A DNA stretch of 64,000 bases from Eubacteriales bacterium (GCA_028694155.1 JAQUTY010000007.1:50901-114900); one strand, 5' to 3'. Numbered from the stretch's first letter, positions 28,947 through 37,403 are shown. Translations and numbers: made by a program. Notes: generated from the letters alone by a model not told the origin.

Positions 28947-30044
28947 CTATCTATCCCATATCCATTTGAAGGTCTTTAAGTCTGGCGATATTGATATCTG
29001 ATACCACCAGAAAGCTGCAAACAGAAGCAGTACCGCAAAAATTACTATTCTTCTTAAGCGTCCGTCTTTTATCCTGTTCATCAAAAATGAGTATCCGATT
29101 ATTACCGTAGCTGAGGAATAATCCGCCATTCGTGCAAGGTATGCGCTGTTCATGGTTGCAAACATAACAAAGGCGTTGAACAGGATACAGTTCATGTAAA
29201 AGTTCTCTTCTTTTGTCATGTTATTCTTGTCCGCCATTAACATATAGACCAGCAGTGGCGCATATGCAACGGCAATTCTTAGAATATTTACCGTGCCTTT
29301 CATATAACCTTCTACGGCAAATGCTCCGCCCTTGTATACGCCTACCAGCTCAAAGATGAAGTCATACGAGTATCGAAGGATTAACGAGGCTGCTACGAGC
29401 AGAATTACCTGCTTGAAATCGAGCTTGCGCGTCAGAATAAAATACGGAACTATCATTACAAGCGCCGAAATATGGAACAGGGATGCTAGGAACACAAACA
29501 GCAGATACTTCCAGAATTTTCTGTCAAGAATATATCTGTGCCCCATCAGCAGTACCGCCGCCGCCAAATACTGACGAACCGCGTTAAAGCTGGTAGCCCA
29601 TGCTCCCAGAAAAATATACAGCAGGATGCTCAGCGCAAACATGGTGCTGTGCTTGTAAATCTGTATAACGTACAGCACGATGGTTATGAATGATGAAGCA
29701 AAGATAACTGCGGCTCCATCGTTCCAAAATATCTTGGCTACAAAGGCAACAAGATGAATGCCCGGTTCATCATAAGTAACTAAATGGTGAATAAATGTAT
29801 TGAAGCTCCCTGAAAATACCTTGTAATATGCGCCATAGTCAGACCCGACATAATATCTGAATCCTGCGACAAATACCAGAACGGCCGTAATCAGTACAAC
29901 AAAATATATCGTGGGCTTGCGAACGTATTCTCTGCCCTCCTCTTGGCAAAGGGCTCTTTCCGCCTCTTGTTTTCGTGTTGGCAGCGTTGACATGAAGGCA
30001 AAGAAGCCTACCAGCACAACGACCACATAATAGACCAGTGACAA
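28947..30044 (-). CDS. EpsG-family polytopic membrane protein, probable Wzy-type repeat-unit polymerase
   Basis: 365 aa with about 10 hydrophobic segments, including GFRYYVGSDYGAYYKVF. Located between glycosyltransferase genes. Confidence 0.65.
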   Translation of the reverse strand: MSLVYYVVVVLVGFFAFMSTLPTRKQEAERALCQEEGREYVRKPTIYFVVLITAVLVFVAGFRYYVGSDYGAYYKVFSGSFNTFIHHLVTYDEPGIHLVAFVAKIFWNDGAAVIFASSFITIVLYVIQIYKHSTMFALSILLYIFLGAWATSFNAVRQYLAAAVLLMGHRYILDRKFWKYLLFVFLASLFHISALVMIVPYFILTRKLDFKQVILLVAASLILRYSYDFIFELVGVYKGGAFAVEGYMKGTVNILRIAVAYAPLLVYMLMADKNNMTKEENFYMNCILFNAFVMFATMNSAYLARMADYSSATVIIGYSFLMNRIKDGRLRRIVIFAVLLLFAAFWWYQISISPDLKTFKWIWDR

Positions 30045-30053
30045 GTATGCTCC

Positions 30054-30962
30054 CTACCTTTCCTTCTTTGTCTTATGCTTAATCCACAGATACCAGAGCA
30101 ACCCCATAGGCAACGCTGCTATGACATAACCTTTGCGCCTTAGCTCCTTGCAAAACAGCTTACGCTTTGCAATCATGCACTCTGAAACGTAGTGCATTGC
30201 GGTGATGAAGTAAGTCCGCTTTCTGCTCCCGTCCATAGACAGTGTGAATATCCTAAAATCAGCAAACGAATTGGGTCGTTTGAAATAGTTTTTGTATTTA
30301 TTGTTTGATACTCCATCGGTCTGATAATTGACCACTACCGTGGGCTCGTTTAGAATGAGCATATCAAAATGTTGCGCTATCTGCAAAAACTGCCGTGATG
30401 CATTCAATGATGTCTCGCCCGGATATTTTTTAGCAGGCGTAGTCAGCTCATAGCATTTTGTACGATACAGCATGGCAATATCCGTTGCAGTTCTCCCATA
30501 CAATCCCGCAACCGTCTTTCTGAAATTGATGGTTTTCAGCTCGTTGGGAAAGCTACCGCCAATGATTCTTCCATCGGCGTAACAATCAAGGCTCACTATG
30601 CCTGCCACAGCTTCACTTCCGTACTGCTTCCAAAATGAGAGCAGCCGTTCGACCGCATCATCCAATAAATAGTCGTCCGAGTCAACGCACATACACAGCT
30701 CTGTTTCAATATGCTTTATTGCTTCGACATATGCAGTTTGAAGTCCGCCATTTTCCTTATAGAAATACTCAATGCGAAAGCCGCAATCTTCATTTTGCCA
30801 TTGACTTACAACGTTCCTTGTATCATCGGTCGATCCATCATCAATGACCATCCAAATGAAATCTTTGCAGGTTTGACGCTTTAATGCCTCGAACGCCGGC
30901 AAAAGCAGCTTTGCCCTGTTGAATGTTGGAGTGAAGATGGTAAGGCGAATATTACTTTCCAT
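30054..30962 (-). CDS. glycosyltransferase family 2
   Basis: 302 aa. LTIFTPTFNRAKLLLPAFEALKRQT...IDDGSTDDT...VDSDD. Confidence 0.85.
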   Translation of the reverse strand: MESNIRLTIFTPTFNRAKLLLPAFEALKRQTCKDFIWMVIDDGSTDDTRNVVSQWQNEDCGFRIEYFYKENGGLQTAYVEAIKHIETELCMCVDSDDYLLDDAVERLLSFWKQYGSEAVAGIVSLDCYADGRIIGGSFPNELKTINFRKTVAGLYGRTATDIAMLYRTKCYELTTPAKKYPGETSLNASRQFLQIAQHFDMLILNEPTVVVNYQTDGVSNNKYKNYFKRPNSFADFRIFTLSMDGSRKRTYFITAMHYVSECMIAKRKLFCKELRRKGYVIAALPMGLLWYLWIKHKTKKER

Positions 30963-31923
30963 CTTCTCTCACAATCTTGGGGCTGTTTAGGTCTATCCAA
31001 TCGCCCATTTTCCTGTCCCATTCCTCAGGTTGAATGTCGTTGCAGCCACCGCCATGATAAAAAGTTATCTCGCCAAAGTAGACCTTGCCGTCCATGTTGT
31101 AAAGATCCACTCTGCAATGTGCAAAAGGCTTGCTTAAAATTCTTGCTGCCTCGACCATTATATCAAAGTTCTCGGGTTTTTTCACCTTATATGGTGCATT
31201 GGCTCTGGTTTCATGCACCGGTAGAAGATTGAAATCCATATCATAAATGTTTCTTGGATAGGTATTGTCGTAGCTTCCATCGTCCTTCAAAAGCTCAAGG
31301 TCGAGAAACAGCAGCTTGGGCTCGCCGTCAAAGCACATGAATTTGTAATCCAGTGGGAGCTTGCCTGCCTTATCCCGTATCACCTTGTCCGCAATGATGC
31401 AGGGCTTGATGTTCTTATAGTTCCATTCGCGTGAAATAAGGTAATACTTCTGTTTTAGGGCATACCTAAGCTTCTTAATAATTGCTTTTTTGTTGATCGG
31501 TGCGTTGGGCTTTATCAAAAAGTTCTCGCCCGAACCATGGTTGCACTTGAGTATGACCTCCTCTTTGAAAGCGGAAAAGTCAATATCCTCGGGTCTTTGA
31601 TAGACTGCCACCTCAGGAATGAGTATATCCTCAAGTCCGCACTCCTTAACATAGTCCCTTACCAAATATTTGTCTGAACAACGTGTCAAAAGACTGTCAC
31701 GATTATTGAGCTTCAGCCACCAAAGCTTCTCGTCAAAATATACAGGGGAATCCAAATGCAGGGTCTTTCCTGTATACGTCTTGTAGAACCATTTGGCGTA
31801 CTTCTCATCGCTCCGCAGCGACATGAGCTTGACAAACGTGTTCCGAATACGCTGAAACATCATGTATCCAAATTCGCTCTTGCTCGCCCAGTTTTTTAGC
31901 TTGTCCTTTATCCTTACCAGCAC
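30952..31923 (-). CDS. TupA-like ATP-grasp amidoligase family protein (copy 2)
   Basis: 323 aa. Motifs: EKLWWLKL..RD, KCNHGSGEN, DYKFMCFDGEPKL, CRVDLY..DGKVYFGEITFYHGGG. It is a paralogue of 27943..28908. Confidence 0.75.
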   Translation of the reverse strand: MLVRIKDKLKNWASKSEFGYMMFQRIRNTFVKLMSLRSDEKYAKWFYKTYTGKTLHLDSPVYFDEKLWWLKLNNRDSLLTRCSDKYLVRDYVKECGLEDILIPEVAVYQRPEDIDFSAFKEEVILKCNHGSGENFLIKPNAPINKKAIIKKLRYALKQKYYLISREWNYKNIKPCIIADKVIRDKAGKLPLDYKFMCFDGEPKLLFLDLELLKDDGSYDNTYPRNIYDMDFNLLPVHETRANAPYKVKKPENFDIMVEAARILSKPFAHCRVDLYNMDGKVYFGEITFYHGGGCNDIQPEEWDRKMGDWIDLNSPKIVREDGK

Positions 31924-32898
31924 TTACAGATTCTCCTTGTACCACTCGATTGCCAGTTTTATTCCATCTTCAAAGCTATAATCGGGGTCGTAGCCTAAAA
32001 GACGTTTTGCCTTTGAAATATCGGCGTTGCTGTGCTTGATGTCGCCCGCACGGTCGGGGCCGAATTTTGGTTCGATGTCCTTGTTCAACGCCTGTGTTAA
32101 GCCGTGATATATGTCTATAAGATACTCTCTGCCACCGTATGCAATATTGTATGCCTGACCTGCCGCTTCCTTGGGTGCGAGCATTCCCTTTAGGTTCGCT
32201 TCGACCACATTTTCTACATATGTGAAGTCTCTGCTCTGCTTGCCATCGCCATTGATAACGGGCTGCTCACCGTGCATGAGCTGCTTGATAAACTTGGGAA
32301 TTACCGCTGCATATGCGCCATCGGGATCCTGTCTTCTGCCAAACACGTTGAAATATCTGAACCCGATCGTTTCCAGTCCATAGTGCATATAATACATCTT
32401 GCCATATTCTTCATCGCAGCGTTTTGTAAGAGCATAGGGCGAAAGAAGGTTGCCCTCCCTGCCCTCGGTCTTTGGAAGAATCGGCTCATCGCCATAGACG
32501 CTGGAGCTTGAAGCATAGCAAAAACGCTTGACGCCATTCTGCCTTGCTGCCTCCATCATGTTTAGCGTGCCGCGAATGTTGATTTCCTCATACAAAAGGG
32601 GCATGGCAATGCTCCTAGGGACAGAACCCCACGCCGCCTGATGCGAAACATAATCGACACCCTTACAAGCAGCCATACAGGTATCAAGGCTGCGAATGTC
32701 GCCCTCGATTAGCGTAAAATTCGGATTTGCCTTGAACGGCTCTACATTCTCGCGCTTGCCCGTCGAAAAATCGTCAAGGCAACGCACTTTGTATCCCATC
32801 TGGAGCAACGACTCAACGATGTTCGACCCGATGAACCCTGCGCCACCTGTGACCAGAAAAACCGAATCCTTGGGGAAAATCAGATGTTTATATCCCAT
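31924..32898 (-). CDS. TviC/WbpP-like NAD-dependent UDP-GlcNAc(A) 4-epimerase
   Basis: 324 aa. Long collinear similarity to my recollection of Salmonella TviC: VTGGAGFIGSN, DDFSTGKRENV, HQAAWGSVPRS, SSSSVYGD, LSPYALTK, RYFNVFGRRQDPDGAYAAVIPKF, NGDG..SRDFTYVENV, GD..HS.ADISKA. Confidence 0.75.
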   Translation of the reverse strand: MGYKHLIFPKDSVFLVTGGAGFIGSNIVESLLQMGYKVRCLDDFSTGKRENVEPFKANPNFTLIEGDIRSLDTCMAACKGVDYVSHQAAWGSVPRSIAMPLLYEEINIRGTLNMMEAARQNGVKRFCYASSSSVYGDEPILPKTEGREGNLLSPYALTKRCDEEYGKMYYMHYGLETIGFRYFNVFGRRQDPDGAYAAVIPKFIKQLMHGEQPVINGDGKQSRDFTYVENVVEANLKGMLAPKEAAGQAYNIAYGGREYLIDIYHGLTQALNKDIEPKFGPDRAGDIKHSNADISKAKRLLGYDPDYSFEDGIKLAIEWYKENL

Positions 32899-34217
32899 TA
32901 CAGCCTCCAGTAGTAGTAGCCTGCGTCCTCAAATTCCTTGCGACTTAGCAGACCCTTTATGTCTAGCAGCACCCTTTTATCATCCTTGAACAGCTCGTCC
33001 ATCTGCGCTCTTGTGATGGAGGTAAAGTCCGTATGCGCCACCGCCAGAATGACTGCGTCCATATTCCTGATTTCGTCCATCGATACAAACTCCACCCCAT
33101 ATTCACGCTTCGCCTCGGCAGCATCTGCCTGCGGATCGGTGATGAGTGGCTCGATGCCGTATTCTTTGAGTTCATTGACTATATCAATTATCTTCGTATT
33201 TCTCGTGTCGGGACAGTTCTCCTTGAATGTGAAGCCCAAAATGGCAACTCTTGCATGCTGAACAGGCTTATCCGACTTGATGAGCTGCTTTACAAGGTTC
33301 TCGGCAACATACTTGCCCATGTCGTCATTGATGCGTCTGCCTGCCAAAATGATCTGACTGTGATACCCCAGCTCCTCCGCCTTATATGTAAGATAGTAGG
33401 GATCAACGCCAATGCAATGTCCCCCAACAAGACCGGGAGCAAATTTAAGAAAGTTCCATTTTGTCCCTGCTGCTTCAAGCACCGCCTTTGTATCTATGCC
33501 CATCTTATTAAAGATGACCGAAAGTTCATTCATAAATGCTATGTTTATATCACGTTGGCTATTCTCAATGACCTTTGCGGCCTCGGCGACCTTTATGCTC
33601 TGTGCTCTGTGTACTCCTGCCTCGACCACCAGCTCATACACCTTGGCAACCGTATCGAGCGTCTCATCGTCCATACCGCTGACAATCTTTGTGATAGTCT
33701 CCAATCTGTGTACCTTATCGCCCGGATTGATGCGCTCGGGACTATATCCTATCTTGAAATCGACTCCGCACCTAAGTCCACTCTCACGTTCCAAAATGGG
33801 AACGCAAATGTCCTCAGTTACTCCCGGATAGACCGTGCTTTCGAACACAACGATGCTGCCCTTACAGAGATTTCTTCCAAGGATTGTGCTTGCCCCCTCA
33901 ACGGGACTTAAATCCGGAGTATGATCCGGGTTCACGGGTGTGGGAACTGCTACAATGTGAAATTTGGCTTCTCTCAGCTTTGTTTCATCCGAGGTGAAGT
34001 CAACCTTGCACGCTGAAATAGCATCGTTGCCAACCTCTTTGGTTGGATCTACTCCGCTTCTGTACATGTCGATTTTATGCTTGTTGAGATCAAAGCCTAC
34101 AACATTCAGTTTCTTGGAAAATGCCACCGCTATGGGCATTCCAACATAGCCCAAACCCACCAGTGACAGCTTCTCCTCATGGTTAATCAGTTTTGCGTAA
34201 AGATCATTCATACTCAT
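32898..34217 (-). CDS. TviB/WbpO-like nucleotide-sugar 6-dehydrogenase (UDP-GlcNAc to UDP-GlcNAcA)
   Basis: 439 aa. Blocks shared with TviB as I recall it: GLGYVG.P.AV.F, VGFD.N, VPTP, ESTVYPG.TE, GYSPERINPGDK.HRL, SIKVAEAAKVIEN.QRD.NIA, PGLVGGHCIGVDPYYL, ILAGRR.ND.MG, ILGFTFKENCPD.RNT.IID. Confidence 0.8.
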   Translation of the reverse strand: MSMNDLYAKLINHEEKLSLVGLGYVGMPIAVAFSKKLNVVGFDLNKHKIDMYRSGVDPTKEVGNDAISACKVDFTSDETKLREAKFHIVAVPTPVNPDHTPDLSPVEGASTILGRNLCKGSIVVFESTVYPGVTEDICVPILERESGLRCGVDFKIGYSPERINPGDKVHRLETITKIVSGMDDETLDTVAKVYELVVEAGVHRAQSIKVAEAAKVIENSQRDINIAFMNELSVIFNKMGIDTKAVLEAAGTKWNFLKFAPGLVGGHCIGVDPYYLTYKAEELGYHSQIILAGRRINDDMGKYVAENLVKQLIKSDKPVQHARVAILGFTFKENCPDTRNTKIIDIVNELKEYGIEPLITDPQADAAEAKREYGVEFVSMDEIRNMDAVILAVAHTDFTSITRAQMDELFKDDKRVLLDIKGLLSRKEFEDAGYYYWRL

Positions 34218-35311
34218 ACTCCCATTATTCTTCGCATCTGCGCGTTGACTTTATTTACATCATATTTTTCTTCTGCGATGGTGCGACTTCTCTGCCCCAT
34301 TCGCTTGACCTCATCGCCATGTTCAATGCACCAAAGCATCTTTTCCTCTAGTGTCTTGCTGTCCCCAACTGGTATCAAAAAGCCATTATCGCCGTCCTTA
34401 ACGGTCTCCCTGCAACCGGGTGCATCTGTTGTAATTATTGCCCTGCCAGTCGCCATCGCCTCAAGCACGGTGCGTGGAGTGCCCTCATGATATGACGGCA
34501 GCACGAACACTGAACATTCCCTGTAAAACCTATCTACATCATCACGCTTACCATGGTACTCAACAACATTGCTGCACTCGTCCATGTCCTCAATCTTTAT
34601 GGCGGTAGGATTGGAGTCCAGCGGGCCGACAACGGAAAACTGTGCTTGGGGATATTTTTCCTTGGTCGCCTTGGCTGCTGCGATAAACTCTGCAATGCCC
34701 TTGTCAAAAAGCAACCTTCCGACAAAAAGAAATGATGCTTTATTCGGCATCGGCGTGAGTGCAAACTTATCAAGATTCACACCTGACCCATTGATGATAC
34801 TCGTTTTCTCCCTGCTGAGCAGCCTTTTGTTTACGAATACCTCCAGATCGTCACAATTCTGGAACATCACTCCATCGGATTTTTTTAACGCCATTGTGTA
34901 AAGCATTTCCATCACAAGGCGCACCAGACGGTTTTTAAGTCCGCCCTCCGAGCGAAACACCGAGCCTAGACCATTGATGGTGCAATAGCCCTTACAACCT
35001 TTAGGCTTTGCCATCAAGCCGTATATCACTGCCTTAGCACCGCTGAAGGCATACACCATGTCTGGCTTTTCTTCCCTGAAAATTCTCTTGCAATCCCTAT
35101 ATGTCTTTCTGTCGGACAGGGGATTGCTCCCCGTTCGCTGCATGAAGATGGTACGCATCTGTACTGCGCCGCACAAAAAAAACTTTGTTGCGTCCCAACT
35201 GTCGGGTGTGAGAACCAGCAGCTCGTGTCCCAAATCCAACAGGCCGCACATGAACTCCCGTCTCGATTTATACACGTCCTCTGCCGATACTGCAACTATG
35301 GCTATCTTCAT
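34214..35311 (-). CDS. glycosyltransferase family 4 (GT-B)
   Basis: 365 aa. The C-terminal segment VLPSYHEGTPRTVLEAMATGRAIITTD.PGCRE.V is the E-x7-E region of GT4/GT1. Confidence 0.85.
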   Translation of the reverse strand: MKIAIVAVSAEDVYKSRREFMCGLLDLGHELLVLTPDSWDATKFFLCGAVQMRTIFMQRTGSNPLSDRKTYRDCKRIFREEKPDMVYAFSGAKAVIYGLMAKPKGCKGYCTINGLGSVFRSEGGLKNRLVRLVMEMLYTMALKKSDGVMFQNCDDLEVFVNKRLLSREKTSIINGSGVNLDKFALTPMPNKASFLFVGRLLFDKGIAEFIAAAKATKEKYPQAQFSVVGPLDSNPTAIKIEDMDECSNVVEYHGKRDDVDRFYRECSVFVLPSYHEGTPRTVLEAMATGRAIITTDAPGCRETVKDGDNGFLIPVGDSKTLEEKMLWCIEHGDEVKRMGQRSRTIAEEKYDVNKVNAQMRRIMGV

Positions 35312-36000
35312 TGTTCGCCCCTTTTCAAGACGCCTGTAACGGTCTTTATCATGGTCGATATATCGTTGATTAGACCAAACGAGCGAAGCTGTTCGAGATT
35401 GTATTTCATCTTTTGGGGCAGAACCTGCTCGATATAAGCACGTTCGGGATCCTCGGCGGCACCCAAAATTTTATCCTCGTCCTTGTAACGTATGCTTGCA
35501 ACAGAAGTAATTCCCGCACTCTGCAAAAGAGTAGCTTTCATCTGATCGGTATAGTGATCAACGTATCTTACCACCTCGGGACGAGTGCCCACAAAGCTCA
35601 TCTGTCCAATCAGAACATTGAATAGTTGCGGCAGTTCATCAAGCCTATACTTGCGCAAAAATCTTCCGATTCCCGTGATGCGAGCATCCTCGCCGACCGT
35701 GACCTGTGTGCCCAGCTTCTCGGCGTTCTTGACCATTGTGCGAAACTTTACTATTCTAAATTGCTTTCCGTATCGGGTAACTCGCACCTGTCGAAAGAAC
35801 ACTCCTCCTTTTGAGCCCAGTCCCACTAAAGCGGCAAGAACCAAAAACAGAGGTGAAAACACAATCAGCATCAATGCGGACATTACTATGTCGAAACCAC
35901 GCTTAACAAAGCGTTGAACAGGCTTGCCCTTCAATATGACATAATATGGACGAACCTCCTCGGTTCGCAATTCTTGTGGCAGCCTATCCCAGCTTCTCAT
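35308..36000 (-). CDS. small (PglC/EpsL-type) undecaprenyl-phosphate sugar phosphotransferase; priming enzyme
   Basis: 230 aa. KRGFDIVMSALMLIVFSPLFL...FRQ.R.....F...KFRTM...DELPQLFNVL.G.MS.VGTRPE. Confidence 0.88.
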   Translation of the reverse strand: MRSWDRLPQELRTEEVRPYYVILKGKPVQRFVKRGFDIVMSALMLIVFSPLFLVLAALVGLGSKGGVFFRQVRVTRYGKQFRIVKFRTMVKNAEKLGTQVTVGEDARITGIGRFLRKYRLDELPQLFNVLIGQMSFVGTRPEVVRYVDHYTDQMKATLLQSAGITSVASIRYKDEDKILGAAEDPERAYIEQVLPQKMKYNLEQLRSFGLINDISTMIKTVTGVLKRGEQ

Positions 36001-37199
36001 AGACAGTCTTTAAGTGTATCAATAACATACTGCACGTCCTCATCGGATAGTTTTGTGTGCAGCGGTAGCGTGATCTCGTTTTGATACTGGCAAAACGCAT
36101 TCGGATAATCGTCCATCGAATATCCCATATTCTTGTAAGCGGTCATCATTGGCAGGGGCTTGTAATGGACGTTGGTCGCAACTCCACGCTCCGCCATTCG
36201 TGTTATCAGCGCATTTCTATCCGTTTCAGTTGCATTTGGTATCCGCAACAGGTAGAGATGCCCGCTGGACTGAACGTTATGGGAATAATGCTCGAGCGCA
36301 CTCAATCCCAAGCTCTTTGCAGCCTCATCATATCTTTCGATAATGCTTCGTCTTCTTGCCAAAATATCCGTATAACGGTCGAGCTGTATCAGCCCTATTG
36401 CCGCCATAATATCAGTCATGTTGCATTTGTATGCAGGATAAATAATGTCATATTCCCATGCGCCAATTTGATTTTTCTTGAACGCATCCTTGTTCTGTCC
36501 GTGCAGCGAAAAGAGCATGAATTGATTGTACAACCACTCGTTGTCCAATCCCTCACGGGGCAGCCATGTTGCTGCACCGCCCTCGCCCGTTGTCAAATTC
36601 TTCACAGCATGAAACGAGAAACAGGTGAAATCGGCAGCCTCGCCGCTGTTTTTGCCGTCTCTTCTTGCCCCAAACCCGTGCGCACTATCGGCTATGACAA
36701 TCACTCGGTCGAACAGCCTTTGAAGCTCCGTTGAGGGTGAATACAGTTCCTTTTTGCTTTCGATAGCAGCAAGGATGCGTTTATAATCGCACATCCTTCC
36801 CCCGATATCAACAGGCATTATCGCCTTGGTGTTTTTGGTTATCTTGCCTGCAATACTATCATAGTCGAGTTCAAATGAATCCTTCAAAACATCGATCATG
36901 ATTGGAGTTGCTCCAACGTGACAAACAACAGAGGCGGTAGCAGTATATGTGTATGCTGGAACAATGACCTCGTCGCCATCTTTGATGCCCAGTATTCTCA
37001 AGCACAGCTCCATCGCTGCGGTAGCCGAATTTAGGCACACAACCTTTGGTGCGCCGATCCATTCCGCCAACCGTTGCTCAAACAACTTAGTCCGCTTGCC
37101 AGTAGTAATCCAACCCGAACGCAAGGCTTCTGCAACTTCGTTGCACTCTGCCTCTCCTATATCGGGCGGTGAGAAGGGAATTGTTCTCATATTCTGCAT
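35997..37199 (-). CDS. DegT/EpsN/PglE-type UDP-4-keto-6-deoxy-HexNAc aminotransferase
   Basis: 400 aa. FSPPDIGEAE...V.EALRSGWITTG......FE..LA...G, and FSFHAVKNLT (PLP lysine). It is the first gene of the long minus-strand array. Confidence 0.85.
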   Translation of the reverse strand: MQNMRTIPFSPPDIGEAECNEVAEALRSGWITTGKRTKLFEQRLAEWIGAPKVVCLNSATAAMELCLRILGIKDGDEVIVPAYTYTATASVVCHVGATPIMIDVLKDSFELDYDSIAGKITKNTKAIMPVDIGGRMCDYKRILAAIESKKELYSPSTELQRLFDRVIVIADSAHGFGARRDGKNSGEAADFTCFSFHAVKNLTTGEGGAATWLPREGLDNEWLYNQFMLFSLHGQNKDAFKKNQIGAWEYDIIYPAYKCNMTDIMAAIGLIQLDRYTDILARRRSIIERYDEAAKSLGLSALEHYSHNVQSSGHLYLLRIPNATETDRNALITRMAERGVATNVHYKPLPMMTAYKNMGYSMDDYPNAFCQYQNEITLPLHTKLSDEDVQYVIDTLKDCL

Positions 37200-37352
37200 A
37201 ACCTCATAATTTATTCATGGCTTCGCCATTGGCACTCCCCTTGGGAATGTCATTATCCGACAAAGATAAGCGATAATCGACCGCAAAACCGCACTGACAG
37301 TGTGTGAATCCGCCAACTACCTATAACTAGCCATAATGCTCCAGTTCATATC

Positions 37353-37381
37353 ATTATACAACTATATATAGACTCTTGCAA
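37353..37381 (-). promoter_or_regulatory. sigma-A promoter for the minus-strand glycan operon
   Basis: Minus strand reads TTGCAA, 17 nt, TATAAT. This predicts a leader of about 147 nt before ATG 37199. It sits back-to-back with the thiT promoter. Confidence 0.55.
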
Positions 37382-37403
37382 GAAGTATTTGGTCGTAATT
37401 GTG

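Noticed and set aside
33033-33911. 292-aa plus-strand ORF, the longest unexplained ORF in the track
   Set aside because: It lies entirely antisense to the strongly supported TviB-like dehydrogenase gene. Its composition is low-complexity, with no RBS and no recognisable motif. It is a shadow ORF.
36081-36734. 217-aa plus-strand ORF
   Set aside because: It is antisense to the DegT/EpsN aminotransferase, Cys/Arg/Ile-rich and without an SD. It is a shadow ORF.
8489-37199. Mobile-element boundaries (IS, integrase, tRNA, direct repeats) around the glycan locus and its AT-rich core
   Set aside because: No transposase or integrase ORF, tRNA gene or flanking direct repeat could be found by eye. Horizontal origin is suggested only by base composition.
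37261-37330. String GGTAGTTGGCGG in the glycan-operon leader, which resembles a scrambled ops element (GGCGGTAG)
   Set aside because: The order of the half-motifs is inverted relative to the enterobacterial ops/JUMPstart element. RfaH-ops is not expected in Firmicutes. I keep it only as part of the leader observation.
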